The notes: generated by a model not told the origin, from the sequence alone. A DNA stretch of 64,000 nt from an uncultured Nitrospiraceae bacterium (GCA_963705105.1 CAVPIW010000005.1:480001-544000), one strand, 5' to 3'; numbered from the stretch's first letter, positions 19,533 through 30,603 are shown. A program made the numbers and translations.

Positions 19533-21281
19533 ATGGGTATTGTCGGTATATCATCGCTGGGACACCTGCTTCTCAAGACCAAGCTGATCACGGAGGAGCA
19601 ACTGCTCGAGGCTCTACGCGTCCAGAAACAGGAGGGCAGGAGGCTAAGCTCCGTCCTCCTGAAGCTGGGATACATCAATGAGGAGAGCCTGATAACGGTT
19701 CTGAGCAAGCAGTACGACGTACCCCCCGTCAATCTTGGTGAAATTCAGATTGATGCCTCTCTGCTCAAGATCATTCCTTATGAAAAATCGAAACGTTACC
19801 TCCTGATCCCCTTTGCCTGGAACGGCGATTCCCTGAAGGTCGCCATTGCCGACCCGTCGAACAGTTTCGCCCTCGACGACGTCAAATTCCTGTCAGGCAA
19901 GAAACTCTCCGTCTATGTGGCGGCCGAGTCCGCGATCCTGGGCACACTGGAAAGACTGCATCCTGAAAAGGATGTGAATGACGAGTCGCTCAAGCAGAAA
20001 AGGGGCGACGGCAAAGACGTCATGGAGACCGATGATCTCAATAAGGTCATCGGCATGGCCCTCGACGATGTGACGACGGTGGAGGACAGGGATGACGAGG
20101 GCATTAAGGAGATCGATGCGCCCCTTATCAAGCTGGTCAACAATGTTCTCCTGAATGCCATCCAATCCCGGGCTAGCGATATCCATATAGAACCCTACGA
20201 GGATGTCCTTCTGGTCCGGTATCGCATCGACGGCGTGCTCCAGCCTTTCATCAAACTCCCTGTCAAGATAAAGAGCGCCGTGATTTCGAGGATCAAGATC
20301 ATGTCCCATCTGGACATATCAGAGCGCAGACTGCCCCAGGACGGGCGGATCAAGCTCAAACTCGGCAACAAACGACAGATCGACCTCCGTGTGTCCACCC
20401 TTCCGACGCTCTTCGGCGAGAAGGTCGTCATGAGACTCCTCGACAAATCGAACCTGCAGCTGGATCTGGCAAAGCTGGGATTCGAGAAACAACCTCTCGA
20501 TGATTTCATGGAAGCCATCGAGAAACCGTACGGCATGATTCTCGTGACGGGTCCTACCGGAAGCGGCAAAACAACGACCCTCTACTCGGCACTTGCCCAC
20601 CTGAACGATCCGGGAGTTAACATCATGACTGCCGAGGACCCCGTGGAATACAACTTTATGGGCATAAACCAGGTGCAGATCCGGGAGGAAATCGGGCTCA
20701 CCTTCGCATCGGCCCTCCGGTCCTTCCTGAGACAGGACCCCGACATCATCATGGTCGGCGAGATCAGGGACTTCGAAACCGCTGAGATCGCCGTGAAAGC
20801 CGCCCTGACAGGCCATCTCGTCCTGAGCACGCTCCATACGAACGACGCACCGAGTACGATGACGAGACTCATCAACATGGGAGTGGAACCCTTTCTTGTC
20901 TCCGCCTCGGTCATTCTCATCGTTGCACAGAGACTTGTCAGGAAGATCTGCCAGCACTGCAAACATGAACAACAGTTTTCGGAGTCGGCGCTGCTGAAGA
21001 TCGGTTTTTCTGCGGATCAGATCAAACAGGTGAAATGTTTCTCCTCGAAGGGTTGTCCGGCCTGCAACAATACGGGATTCAGGGGAAGGATGGCGCTCTA
21101 TGAAATAATGCCGGTGAAGGATGAGATCAAGGAACTGATCCTCCAGGGCGCCTCTGCCGTGGAAATCAAGAGGGAGGCCGTGAGACTGGGCATGATGACG
21201 CTCCGGCAGAGCGGCATCAGGAAAATCATCGAAGGTGTCACCTCTGTCGATGAAGTGCTCAGGGTGACCTTTGAAGACTGA
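19533..21281 (+). CDS. pilB: Type IV-A pilus assembly ATPase PilB
   Basis: MshEN-like N-terminus, ASDIHIEP, GPTGSGKTT, LRQDPD, GEIRD, TLHTN, CxxC pairs. Confidence 0.95.
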   Translation: MGIVGISSLGHLLLKTKLITEEQLLEALRVQKQEGRRLSSVLLKLGYINEESLITVLSKQYDVPPVNLGEIQIDASLLKIIPYEKSKRYLLIPFAWNGDSLKVAIADPSNSFALDDVKFLSGKKLSVYVAAESAILGTLERLHPEKDVNDESLKQKRGDGKDVMETDDLNKVIGMALDDVTTVEDRDDEGIKEIDAPLIKLVNNVLLNAIQSRASDIHIEPYEDVLLVRYRIDGVLQPFIKLPVKIKSAVISRIKIMSHLDISERRLPQDGRIKLKLGNKRQIDLRVSTLPTLFGEKVVMRLLDKSNLQLDLAKLGFEKQPLDDFMEAIEKPYGMILVTGPTGSGKTTTLYSALAHLNDPGVNIMTAEDPVEYNFMGINQVQIREEIGLTFASALRSFLRQDPDIIMVGEIRDFETAEIAVKAALTGHLVLSTLHTNDAPSTMTRLINMGVEPFLVSASVILIVAQRLVRKICQHCKHEQQFSESALLKIGFSADQIKQVKCFSSKGCPACNNTGFRGRMALYEIMPVKDEIKELILQGASAVEIKREAVRLGMMTLRQSGIRKIIEGVTSVDEVLRVTFED

Positions 21282-21366
21282 ACGCCCCGATCTCCGCCGG
21301 CGGATGAACGCTAAAGATTCTGCGGAATACACCGAAATAAAACTAAAAAACAGAAGGTGATCTGAG

Positions 21367-22761
21367 ATGCTCTCAAAACTGACGGTCTTCGGAAATTCGA
21401 GAAAAAGCCTCTACCTGCGCTTTTTCCTTGTCTTCAACCTGTCGATTCTCGCAACGGTCATTCTTGTGACCGGGGCCCTGATCGTCACAAACCCCGATCT
21501 TGACATCATCACGCTGGCGAAGTCTTTTTCCCCGATCATACTCATCTCCGTCGTCGCCCTTTTTCTCTTTTCCACCGCGAATATCATGTGGTTCCGACAC
21601 AGCGTGATTAAGCCAATCAATTCGATCGAGGGGATCATCAACGATATCCAGAAGGGGAACTACCACGAACGCATCCAGCTCACGACAAACGACGAGTTCA
21701 GCGACATTGCGAAGACGTTCAACGATACGATGGACAAGCTGCTGACCGTTATCCAGACCGAGGAGGAGAGGGAGAGGACGCAGAAGAACATCATCAGGTT
21801 CCTGAGCATCCTGAGCGCAGCTTCCGAGGGTGACCTGACACAGAAGGCCGCGGTCACATCCGATGTCTTCGGCTCCCTTGCCGACGCGTTTAATCTCATG
21901 GTCGAGGGGCTCGCCGACCTTCTGAAAGAAGTGAAACACTCGGCCGATGACGCAAACAGCAGGAGTCTCGCCCTGTCCTATATCATCCAGCAGCTCGAAG
22001 GCGGAGCGTCGATGCAGATGGGACAGATCGAAAGCGCCTCGAGTGCCGTCAATGAATCCGCCGTGTCCGCACTGGCAATTACCGACAGGACGAAAACGGG
22101 CCAGACCATATCCGGCAACGGCATCCAGGCCATCGAAAGGGGCACGAAAATAGTCTCGGATTCCATCGACGGAATGCATCTTATCCGGGCGACCGTCAAG
22201 GCCATCAACAAGAGAATGAAGCTGTTGTCCGAAAAGCTGATGGAAATCGGGACGATATCGAAACTCATATCGGATATAGCCGACAAGACGAACCTCCTCG
22301 CTCTGAATGCCTCCATCGAGGCGGCGCGGGCCGGAGAACAGAGCAAGGGGTTTGTCATCATAGCAGAGGAGATCCGGGGACTCGCCGAAAGGTCGGCGAA
22401 GTCGACGAAACAAATCGGCGAGATCATCAATTCGATTCAGTCTGAGGCTGGAAGTGTGACCAAGCATCTTGAGGACGAGACAAGCTACGTCGAGATGGAG
22501 ACGAACATGGCGACGGAGACGGGATCGGTCTTTGAAGAAATCGCCGGCATCATCAAGAACGTCGGGTCGATCATGTCGGAAATCAACGACGCCGCCGAGG
22601 GGCAGCGCGGCCTGACGTCGAAGGTCGTGACATCCATGAACGAGGTTAACCAGGTATCCGAGCAAGTCATGAAGGCCGTCCACGACCTGACGGATATATC
22701 AAAATCCCTGTCCGAAAGTTCCCAGCGACTCCTGACGTCAACGGGCAGGTTTAAATTCTAA
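21367..22761 (+). CDS. Methyl-accepting chemotaxis protein (PilJ-like), 2 TM + HAMPs
   Basis: [33 protein letters not shown]. Confidence 0.92.
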   Translation: MLSKLTVFGNSRKSLYLRFFLVFNLSILATVILVTGALIVTNPDLDIITLAKSFSPIILISVVALFLFSTANIMWFRHSVIKPINSIEGIINDIQKGNYHERIQLTTNDEFSDIAKTFNDTMDKLLTVIQTEEERERTQKNIIRFLSILSAASEGDLTQKAAVTSDVFGSLADAFNLMVEGLADLLKEVKHSADDANSRSLALSYIIQQLEGGASMQMGQIESASSAVNESAVSALAITDRTKTGQTISGNGIQAIERGTKIVSDSIDGMHLIRATVKAINKRMKLLSEKLMEIGTISKLISDIADKTNLLALNASIEAARAGEQSKGFVIIAEEIRGLAERSAKSTKQIGEIINSIQSEAGSVTKHLEDETSYVEMETNMATETGSVFEEIAGIIKNVGSIMSEINDAAEGQRGLTSKVVTSMNEVNQVSEQVMKAVHDLTDISKSLSESSQRLLTSTGRFKF

Positions 22762-22912
22762 ACTTCCCCCCTCCTTCATCACCCTGCCGGGGCAGGTCCG
22801 GGCAAGCGGACCCGCCCCGGTGACTTCCCTCAGCACCTCTTTTGCCCGCATTGACAAAACCCCGTCAGGCAGGTAGGATTAAAGAAAAAAGCCGTCTTTC
22901 CTGCCTGATTAA

Positions 22913-23126
22913 ACCTAATCGTTGCAATACACTTCCGGAAAAGGCGGGGCGTATGCGCCGAAAACCTTGCTGCGGCGACACCATAACTCCCAGAAGACAA
23001 CCTTTCAAACCAATGGTCGACCACACAAAGCGTGGAAGCCTGAAAGACAGACCTGACGAGGCGTATCGTCGCCTTCAGCAAGGCTTTGAGGCGCTTCGCC
23101 ACGCCTTTCTATGCAACCACAAGGTA
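22913..23126 (+). repeat. MITE-like family, copy C (full length)
   Basis: cctaatcgttgcaatacacttccggaaaaggcggggc ... gcctttctatgcaaccacaagg. Confidence 0.85.
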
Positions 23127-23153
23127 AACTGATATGCGGGACATCCCATCACC

Positions 23154-23534
23154 ATGACATACGCGCATCTCATCTCACTCGCATTGCTCATCTGGGCGAC
23201 GTTCTTCGGGGGAATCGGCGTCGGCATGGCTTCATCTTTCCGGTGCGGCACGCGAATCGTTTCGCCGGGAGACACGGCCTCTGAAGTCATCTACAAGTGC
23301 GGCCAGCCCGATCATGTCGAGACATGGGAAGAGACTCGCGTCAGCAGGGATTTCTATAAAAATATTCCGGGCGACCCTGATACTCCTGAATTTTACAGGG
23401 AGCCTTTTCTGGTGAAGGAATACGTCAGGGTGGAGGAATGGGAATATAACCTCGGTCCGACTCAGTTCATCAGGTACCTGAGATTCGAGAACGGCAGGCT
23501 CAGGAGGATCACGACCGGCGGCTACGGATACTGA
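23154..23534 (+). CDS. DUF2845-family exported protein
   Basis: FRCG.RIVS.GD..EV..KCG.P, EEW.YNLGP..F..YLRFENGRL. Confidence 0.85.
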   Translation: MTYAHLISLALLIWATFFGGIGVGMASSFRCGTRIVSPGDTASEVIYKCGQPDHVETWEETRVSRDFYKNIPGDPDTPEFYREPFLVKEYVRVEEWEYNLGPTQFIRYLRFENGRLRRITTGGYGY

Positions 23535-25838
23535 TCAGACAGGGAAAAGGAGGTACCTGATAAGCGTCGAAAAGAGGGAGTTTTCATCGACGGGCTTCAT
23601 GATATAGTCGGACGCCCCGATTTCAAGCGCCTTCTCCCTGTGTTTCCCGGTGCTCCGTGACGTAAGGACGACCACGGGTATGTCCCTCAGGTGGTCTGAC
23701 GCCTTGAGCTTGGCGATGAGCTCATAGCCGTGCATAAGCGGCATCTCGAGGTCCGTAATGATCAGGTCGACGGGCTTCTCTTCGAGGAGGCCCAGGGCCT
23801 CGATCCCGTTGGACGCGTTGAAAACGTCGCAATCTCTCTCGATGAGAAAGGAGCTTACATATTTTCTTACACTGAGGGAGTCATCGACGACGAGCACGCG
23901 TCTTCCCCTGAAGTCATGGACACCTGTCGGGTCGAGCGGCATGTGGTCGATGTCTTCTTCAAAGACCCGGATCGGGTTGACGACAAGCCGCATCTTTCCG
24001 TCTCCCGAGATGGTGACTCCTGAGTACAGTGTCAGCCCGTCGAGAAAACGGTTCACCGGTTTGATGATCGCCTCTTCCTGCCCGAAGATGTCGTCGACGA
24101 TCAGGCCGGACTTCCTGTTCGATATGCTGCATATGAGGACGTAGCGTACCCGTTCATTATAATGGGGCAGGTTGAAGAGATCGGAGAAACTCTTCACCGA
24201 AATGGTTTTTCCCCTGTAGTTGATCGTCGAGTCGTGGGGATCATAATCGCAGACTTCATCAAGCAGCATCACTTCCTCGATGAGATTTGCAGGGATCACG
24301 AACTCGACCGGTCCGCAGTGAAATACGAGGACATTCGTTATGGCGAGGGTGGTCGGAATCCTGAGCCGGAAGGTCGTTCCACGATTGATCTGTGTTTCCA
24401 CCTCGATGGTTCCGCTCAAATCCGCAAGATGCCTTCTGACGGCATTCATGCCGACGCCGCGGCCTGCATTCATGTCGATTTTTTCCGACGTCGTTACCCC
24501 GGGAAGAAAGATCAGGGAGAGAATCTCCTCATGGGAGGGATGCGCTCCGGGCTTGAAAATCCCGCGCTTGACGCCCTCCAGCAGCAGCCTGCCCGTGTCG
24601 ATCCCCCTTCCGTCGTCACTGATTTCGATCATGATGCTGCTGCCCTCACGCCTAGCTGACATGACGATCTGTCCCTCCGCCTTCTTCCCGTTCTGAACGC
24701 GTTCCTCGGGCGTCTCGATGCCATGACATATGGCGTTCCTGATGATGTGGAGAAAGGGATCGAAGATCCGTTCAAAGATCACCCTGTCAATCTTGGTTTC
24801 GCCGTTTGACACAATCAGTTCGACGTTCTTCCCGTATTCCTTTCCCATGCTCCTGACAGGCCGCACAAATCGCTGGAAGAACCTGCCGATTTCCATCATA
24901 CGTGAATCGGTGATGTCCGACCTCAGCAGGCGTATCATGCCGTCCATGTTTTTCATGTCTTCCTGAAAGGACTCGAGAAGCTGGGAAAGCTCCTTGACGG
25001 CTTCTGACAGGTCTTCAGTCATCTCCTGGAGTTTTCTGGAGAAGAGGTTTTGCTCGTCATACCGGTCGAATTCAAGTTCACCGAATTCCGAAAAAAGAGG
25101 ATCTACGTATCTGTCTGTTCTTGTGACGGCTGAATATTCGTGCCTGTCTGCAAAGTCGTTGACTTCGCCGAAGAGCCGTTTGCCCGCAAACAGTATCTCG
25201 TTCGAAATGTTGCCCGCTTCCTTGGTCCTTTGCAGAAGGTAGTTCTTCTTGATCGTGATTTCACTGATGAGGTTGAGCATCTCCTCGATTTTCCGGACTT
25301 CGACCTTGACAAAGTTGCCGGTGAACAGCTCGACGTCATCCCTTCTCCTGCCGATGGAGCCCCTTCTCTCAGTCGCCACGGGAACTTCCGGTTGCGCGGG
25401 CTGGCGGGAATCGCCGGATGGGCACTGTGAATGGCCGTTCCCCGGTTTCACCCTGGCGAATACGTCTTCTTTTCTTTTTAATACCGCCTCTTCGATGCCG
25501 GGCTGCTCCGTTTTTCCCGACGACACGTCCTGTATGAGGGATGAGACCGACTCAAGCATATACAGGAGAAGATCGGTGATTTCCGTCTGCACGTCGATCT
25601 TCCCGTCTTTTATGTCTTCAAGGATGTCCTCCATCGAATGGGCGATCTTGCTGATCGATCCGAGTTTCACCAATGCCGCTCCTCCCTTCAGGGTGTGAGC
25701 GGCCCTGAACAACTCCTCGATCAGGGGCCCTCTCTGTGGATCCGTCTCCAGGGAGGATATGCCGCCCTGGAGAGTTGTCATGTAGTTTTCGGCTTCGAGA
25801 AGGAAACACTCCAGAAGCTCAGCTTCAATGTTTGCCAT
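23535..25838 (-). CDS. CheA/ChpA-like hybrid kinase (Hpt-HATPase-CheW-REC)
   Basis: LFRAAHTLKG, HIIRNAICHG, DDGRGID, GRGVGM, C-terminal VVDDS/TDLEMP. Confidence 0.93.
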   Translation of the reverse strand: MANIEAELLECFLLEAENYMTTLQGGISSLETDPQRGPLIEELFRAAHTLKGGAALVKLGSISKIAHSMEDILEDIKDGKIDVQTEITDLLLYMLESVSSLIQDVSSGKTEQPGIEEAVLKRKEDVFARVKPGNGHSQCPSGDSRQPAQPEVPVATERRGSIGRRRDDVELFTGNFVKVEVRKIEEMLNLISEITIKKNYLLQRTKEAGNISNEILFAGKRLFGEVNDFADRHEYSAVTRTDRYVDPLFSEFGELEFDRYDEQNLFSRKLQEMTEDLSEAVKELSQLLESFQEDMKNMDGMIRLLRSDITDSRMMEIGRFFQRFVRPVRSMGKEYGKNVELIVSNGETKIDRVIFERIFDPFLHIIRNAICHGIETPEERVQNGKKAEGQIVMSARREGSSIMIEISDDGRGIDTGRLLLEGVKRGIFKPGAHPSHEEILSLIFLPGVTTSEKIDMNAGRGVGMNAVRRHLADLSGTIEVETQINRGTTFRLRIPTTLAITNVLVFHCGPVEFVIPANLIEEVMLLDEVCDYDPHDSTINYRGKTISVKSFSDLFNLPHYNERVRYVLICSISNRKSGLIVDDIFGQEEAIIKPVNRFLDGLTLYSGVTISGDGKMRLVVNPIRVFEEDIDHMPLDPTGVHDFRGRRVLVVDDSLSVRKYVSSFLIERDCDVFNASNGIEALGLLEEKPVDLIITDLEMPLMHGYELIAKLKASDHLRDIPVVVLTSRSTGKHREKALEIGASDYIMKPVDENSLFSTLIRYLLFPV

Positions 25839-26208
25839 TACGTGTTCTCTTCACCCGATAGGTCTCAAAAAAACTCTTTACGTCGATCAGGTCCTCCACC
25901 ATGATATCCGGGTCATAGGTGACGAAGAAAGGGGTGATCTCGGAGAGGAACCCGATGTGTTCGTTCTCGGTGTCGATGATGAGGAGCTTGGCATTGTTGT
26001 ATGAAGGTTTCTCGATCGGAAAGATCTTCGAGAGATCTATCGCGGGAATGATCCTGCCCCGTGACGGCAAGGCTCCGTACACATATTCCGGAGCGCCGGG
26101 TATGGGGAATATCCTCGCGATATCGATGACTTCCCTGACCGCTTCCGTCGGCAGGAGGAACTCCTTTTCGCTCACTTTGAACACACAGAATGTTCTTTCA
26201 TTCGACAT
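25825..26208 (-). CDS. CheW/PilI-like coupling protein
   Basis: VREVI, IPGAPEYVYG, RGRIIPAIDL. Confidence 0.85.
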   Translation of the reverse strand: MSNERTFCVFKVSEKEFLLPTEAVREVIDIARIFPIPGAPEYVYGALPSRGRIIPAIDLSKIFPIEKPSYNNAKLLIIDTENEHIGFLSEITPFFVTYDPDIMVEDLIDVKSFFETYRVKRTRNGKH

Positions 26209-26228
26209 GGGGTTTGGTTCTTCCTCTC

Positions 26229-26594
26229 TCATCGCGTTAAACATTTTTTCACCGCCCGTAGTAGATCTATCGGCTCGCATGGTTTTGTGAGATACATGTC
26301 GGCGCCCTGCCTCTGGCCCCACAGCCTGTCACTCTCCTGATCCTTCGATGTGACGATGATCACGGGGATGCTTTTCAGGACATTATCCTTCTTGATCTCC
26401 CTGCAGAGCTGATAACCGTTCTTTTTCGGCATCACGACATCGAGGATGACGAGGTCGAAAGTCTCGTTCCTCAGCATTTTCTCAGCTTCCTCACCGTCCC
26501 TGGCAACAGAGAGATAGTTGCCCGTCACGGCAAGCACGGATTCTATGAATTTAATCTCTGTGGGACTGTCGTCAGCAATGAGAATTTTCGGCAT
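26229..26594 (-). CDS. Single-domain response regulator (PilH-like)
   Basis: IADDS, LDVVMP..NGYQLCR, TSKDQESDR.WG..QGA..Y.TKP. Confidence 0.9.
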   Translation of the reverse strand: MPKILIADDSPTEIKFIESVLAVTGNYLSVARDGEEAEKMLRNETFDLVILDVVMPKKNGYQLCREIKKDNVLKSIPVIIVTSKDQESDRLWGQRQGADMYLTKPCEPIDLLRAVKKCLTR

Positions 26595-26606
26595 CTGAAG
26601 ATCTCC

Positions 26607-28820
26607 CTATGATGCCCTGACAAGACCAACCTTCATCAGGACATCCAAAATATCCCCTATACTCCCGTTGACCATTTCGCCGCTCATCATCAGGTCGCCG
26701 ATCTTCGTTCCTCCGTTAATGCCCTGGAGGACGTCGAGTTCTTCCTCGGAGAGACCCCAGGATCCCGGGTCTCTATAGGCGGTGAAGACCCCGGCATTGC
26801 TGTCCTGAATGCCCTTTGCCCCTTCGGCGCTGCAGGCCTTGTGCGCAGCTTCGACCAGGATGGGAAGCACATTCAGCCTAAGGGGCACCATGAGCAGGCT
26901 GTCCGGAAGAATCAATGTCTCGATGAAAAAGGTACCCTGGCGGAGCTCAAGGAGCGAGCAGAACGTATCCACAATCCTCTCTCTGAGGAGGGTGCTCATT
27001 CTCTCGTCCGATGCATCGCCGGAGTCCCCTGAACGGCATGTCTCTGAGGTCATATTTCCACCGGGAGACACTTCCATTGACTCAGAGCGCCTGTGACGCG
27101 ACTCGCGGGACTGTCCCAGGGACAGAAAATGCCTCTCATGCCTGCTCGTCGTCGCACAAATGAGAGCACCTCCGTCGAAATAAACCTCTGAACTCAGGAA
27201 AGGCGAGAAAACGGAGAGTTTTCCTGTCAGCCGGTTTGCTGTAATGATCTGAATGACATCGAGGAGGTGGACTGCAGACAGTTCCCCCGAAAGAGTCAGG
27301 GCTGCGCTCCTCGCCATGCCTGTGTGCTTGAGGGTGTCGTGCACACTTTTCTGAATGAGGAACGGCAGGTCCTCCGCAAAATAGCGTGAGACAACCCGGT
27401 CCATCATCTTCTCCAGATCGTCGGGCTGCTGCAGGGCAGCGTGAGATTGACCATCACTCGGGCCATGGACCGCCTGAGCCTCTTCGGCTGCCGATTGAAC
27501 CGGCACACCGGCAAGATTGTCCACCTGAAGATCACCCGCCGGGCTGACATGCCCGGGCGTGATCTCCCTGTTTTCACTCTCCCATATGGGCTGGCTGTCG
27601 GGACCTTGGACATCAGAAATTGCATATTCATCGCGCTGTTCAGGCGACGGGGGGGCCTCGTCTTCACCAACGAAGGAAAGGTTTTCTTCGGATGATGAAA
27701 CTGCGGATAACGACATCTCTTCATCGCCGGAGGAGATGTCGTGGAGGGAGAAATCCTCTCTCTTGAAAAGGAAGGGAAGGTCCGCGTCCTCCGCGACGGA
27801 AGGCTGCTCCGGCACGACCTCGTCTTCACCGACGAAGGAGATACTGTCTTCCATATCGGATCTCTCTTCCGGGACCACCGGGGCATCGGCCAGGGAGAAT
27901 TCCTGCCTGTCAAAGACGAAGGGGAGGTCCGTGTCCCCCGTGATGAAAGGCTGGTCCGGCAGGCCGGCTTCGTCCTCCCCGTTGAGGGAGATGTCGTCCT
28001 CCATCGCGTGGACTTCTTCCGGGACCACCGGGGCATCGGCCAGGGAGAATTCCTGCCTGTCAAAGACGAAGGGGAGGTCCGTGTCCCCCGTGATGAAAGG
28101 CTGGTCCGGCAGGCCGGCTTCGTCCTCCCCGTTGAGGGAGATGTCGTCCTCCATCGCGTGGACTTCTTCCGGGACCACCGGGACATCGGCCAGGGAGAAT
28201 TCCTGCCTGCCAAAGACGAAGGGGAGGTCCGTGTCCCCCGTGACCGAAAGGTCTGATGAGGGACCCTCCCGCCTGTCAATGACGAGCGAGACATCCCTGT
28301 CCATGAGAGACGTATCGGTTTGATAGTGCGTGGTGTCAGTGTGGAACTGAGAATCTCCGTCAGCAGCACTAGGAAAGGCTGAATCAACATCGTACCCGTC
28401 GACGACATGATCGACGGCAGATGTCATATCATGATGGTCTCTGCTAGTCAGGATCATGGCGTTCACTTTTTCCGTGAGCGTCTCTGACTTGAAGGGCTTG
28501 ATGAAATAATCGGCAATGCCGAATTTCTCGATGAACTTCTTGCCCACGTCCTCGCCCTTTCCTGTAATCAGAATGATGGGGACATCCTTGAGCCGGTTGC
28601 TCTCCCGGGCGGATTTGCAGAACTCGTAGCCGCTCATTCGGGGCATGATGAAGTCGACGAGGATGAGCGCCGGGGAGATATCCTCGGCCACCTTGAGGCC
28701 CTCTTCGCCGTCACTGGCCGTGTAGACCTTGTACCCTTCCTCTTCGAGCGCAAGTTCCGCCAGTTTTCTCACAATGGGGCTGTCATCTATGACAACTACT
28801 TTTCCCTTTTCCATAAGCAT
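26607..28820 (-). CDS. REC domain + acidic tandem-repeat linker + DUF4388-like domain (PilG/PatA-like)
   Basis: N-terminal REC (VIDDS, VDFIMP); 50-aa repeats; LSGELS..LLDVIQ..LTGKL..EVYFDGG. Confidence 0.8.
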   Translation of the reverse strand: MLMEKGKVVVIDDSPIVRKLAELALEEEGYKVYTASDGEEGLKVAEDISPALILVDFIMPRMSGYEFCKSARESNRLKDVPIILITGKGEDVGKKFIEKFGIADYFIKPFKSETLTEKVNAMILTSRDHHDMTSAVDHVVDGYDVDSAFPSAADGDSQFHTDTTHYQTDTSLMDRDVSLVIDRREGPSSDLSVTGDTDLPFVFGRQEFSLADVPVVPEEVHAMEDDISLNGEDEAGLPDQPFITGDTDLPFVFDRQEFSLADAPVVPEEVHAMEDDISLNGEDEAGLPDQPFITGDTDLPFVFDRQEFSLADAPVVPEERSDMEDSISFVGEDEVVPEQPSVAEDADLPFLFKREDFSLHDISSGDEEMSLSAVSSSEENLSFVGEDEAPPSPEQRDEYAISDVQGPDSQPIWESENREITPGHVSPAGDLQVDNLAGVPVQSAAEEAQAVHGPSDGQSHAALQQPDDLEKMMDRVVSRYFAEDLPFLIQKSVHDTLKHTGMARSAALTLSGELSAVHLLDVIQIITANRLTGKLSVFSPFLSSEVYFDGGALICATTSRHERHFLSLGQSRESRHRRSESMEVSPGGNMTSETCRSGDSGDASDERMSTLLRERIVDTFCSLLELRQGTFFIETLILPDSLLMVPLRLNVLPILVEAAHKACSAEGAKGIQDSNAGVFTAYRDPGSWGLSEEELDVLQGINGGTKIGDLMMSGEMVNGSIGDILDVLMKVGLVRAS
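27860..28243. repeat. 150-bp coding tandem repeat, about 2.5 near-identical units plus degenerate copies toward ~27650
   Basis: tcctgcctg(t/c)caaagacgaaggggaggtcc recurs at 27901, 28051 and 28201. Confidence 0.95.
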
Positions 28821-28869
28821 TCACCTCACCTCTGATGAGCATTTGTTTGATTTTTCAGCCTTCACGGAA

Positions 28870-29658
28870 CTACTCCAAAAGCCTCTTCATGCTGACCCTC
28901 ATCCTGTCTATCGACTTCGCCAGACCGGCGAGTTCATCTTTCGTCGTAACCTCGACTTTCTGCGTCAGGTTTCCCATGGATATGGCGTTCACAGTGGTTG
29001 CAAGGGCCGTCACCGGCTTGACCACGGTTATTTTCAGGATGAAACTGATGGCCGCTGATATGAAAATCAGAATAGCCACACAGATCGTGACATTGATCGC
29101 CAGCGTTTTTTGGATCCTCTTAAGGGCCGCAGACCTGTCCTTCATGACGTAAAGGATGCCGATTTCCCTGCCGCTGTAGTCCTTGAGCCGGGCCATGGCC
29201 AGCGCATATGCCCTGCCGCTGAAGACGCTTTCGTCTATGTGGATCCTGTCTGAAGCGGCACTCGTCTTGCCGAAGACATCAGGCTTGAGGATGCTGTCCG
29301 AGAGGTTCGGAAGTGTTGAAAAATAGGGCGCATATTCAGTGACCGGCTCAGCATGCCTCCTGCCGTTGCCGTTTTTTGCGGTGGCAGCGTTTTTTGAGAC
29401 GAGAATGCCTCCTTCGACCTCATAGATCTTCCGGATCTCATCGAGACTTGACACGAGCAGGGGAAGCTGCTGATCGCTCCTTATCTGGCTTCCCATCCTC
29501 CTCTGACCGAGGTCGAGGGCGTTGTCGAGAGACTCTTTCGCCATGTCATTCACAATCGCAATGTGCGATTTATAATTGAATATGGCGATAAAGCTCATGA
29601 CGAAGACGAGGATTGCGAGAACCGGCAGGATCGTTTTTGCCGTCAGGCCGAGGTTCAT
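28870..29658 (-). CDS. 2-TM sensor protein with C-terminal HAMP and no output domain
   Basis: Two TM helices; KPV..L......ISMGNL...DEL..LA..IDRMR.S. Confidence 0.8.
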   Translation of the reverse strand: MNLGLTAKTILPVLAILVFVMSFIAIFNYKSHIAIVNDMAKESLDNALDLGQRRMGSQIRSDQQLPLLVSSLDEIRKIYEVEGGILVSKNAATAKNGNGRRHAEPVTEYAPYFSTLPNLSDSILKPDVFGKTSAASDRIHIDESVFSGRAYALAMARLKDYSGREIGILYVMKDRSAALKRIQKTLAINVTICVAILIFISAAISFILKITVVKPVTALATTVNAISMGNLTQKVEVTTKDELAGLAKSIDRMRVSMKRLLE

Positions 29659-30248
29659 CTGGCCACCTTTTCCCGCTGGGTTATGATCGCATGGGCTTCC
29701 TCGGAGAAATGACGCCTGTCTGCAGGATCATCGATTTCTTTTTTCAGGAGATCGATGAGATGAATGAAGTCTTTTCTCTGCATTGATGCTGACGAATCCC
29801 AGTTCTCTTTCACGATCCTGCCGAATATCTTTTCTCCTGCCGGTCCGACCTGCCTCACGAATGCCGTCATGATCGCCCTCCGTAACGGCTCGATGCCGTC
29901 GGCCGGGCGTGCCTGCCCCGCCTCCTGGTCCGTTCCGCTGAAACCTTTGAACAGAACGGTCTTGCGCGACGTCATGATCATTCTGATGATGTCCGACGTG
30001 GAAGGAAGGTCTGTCGATGCCCTGTCGAGTTCGGTCCCGGGAATGAAGGAGCAATCCCTGAGTTCCATCGACGAGAAGATGTCCAGACAGTCTTTCCCCC
30101 GAATATTTCCGCAGACGATGTGATAGATCTCTCCGCCCCTGAAAAAAAGTTTGAGCAGGTTCGGACTCCCTCCGATGGCGACGGAGAGGAGACCGGTTTT
30201 CCCGTGCTTGTGAATTTCAGTCAGTACTGTCGTCAGATTTCGTACCAT
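29655..30248 (-). CDS. Hypothetical protein (DUF4388/PatA_N-like N-terminus)
   Basis: KTGLL..KLFFRGGEIYH; QVGPAG; coupled to the HAMP gene. Confidence 0.6.
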   Translation of the reverse strand: MVRNLTTVLTEIHKHGKTGLLSVAIGGSPNLLKLFFRGGEIYHIVCGNIRGKDCLDIFSSMELRDCSFIPGTELDRASTDLPSTSDIIRMIMTSRKTVLFKGFSGTDQEAGQARPADGIEPLRRAIMTAFVRQVGPAGEKIFGRIVKENWDSSASMQRKDFIHLIDLLKKEIDDPADRRHFSEEAHAIITQREKVAR

Positions 30249-30603
30249 GAAAATCCTCTGTCGATCCCGGATCCCGGTGTGTTTTTTGGTGCACGGAGAC
30301 TCCGGGAATGCAATGTATCTTCTTGAAATTCAGTGATTAAATTCCGAGCGGCCTTAAATGGGCAGTCTGTCGCGCCTCCGTACACCATATGCTTCATTAT
30401 CGGATGATCGGCGGCGAACTTAACCTGATTTCATTGCGATCACGGGTTGTCAGCCTTTAATGAGAAAGATGCTATGGTTCAAAGCCTTTCCAATGCGATG
30501 ATAATTCATCAATCAAGGTGTCGGGTGCCTGCAGTCTGCCATGCTTTTGACACCGGTCGACACGGAAAAGGGTGGTGACCGGGAGCTGACAAATGCCGCA
30601 GTA

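Noticed and set aside
27860..28243. Tandem repeats as a CRISPR array
   Set aside because: Contiguous 150-bp in-frame coding units with no unique spacers
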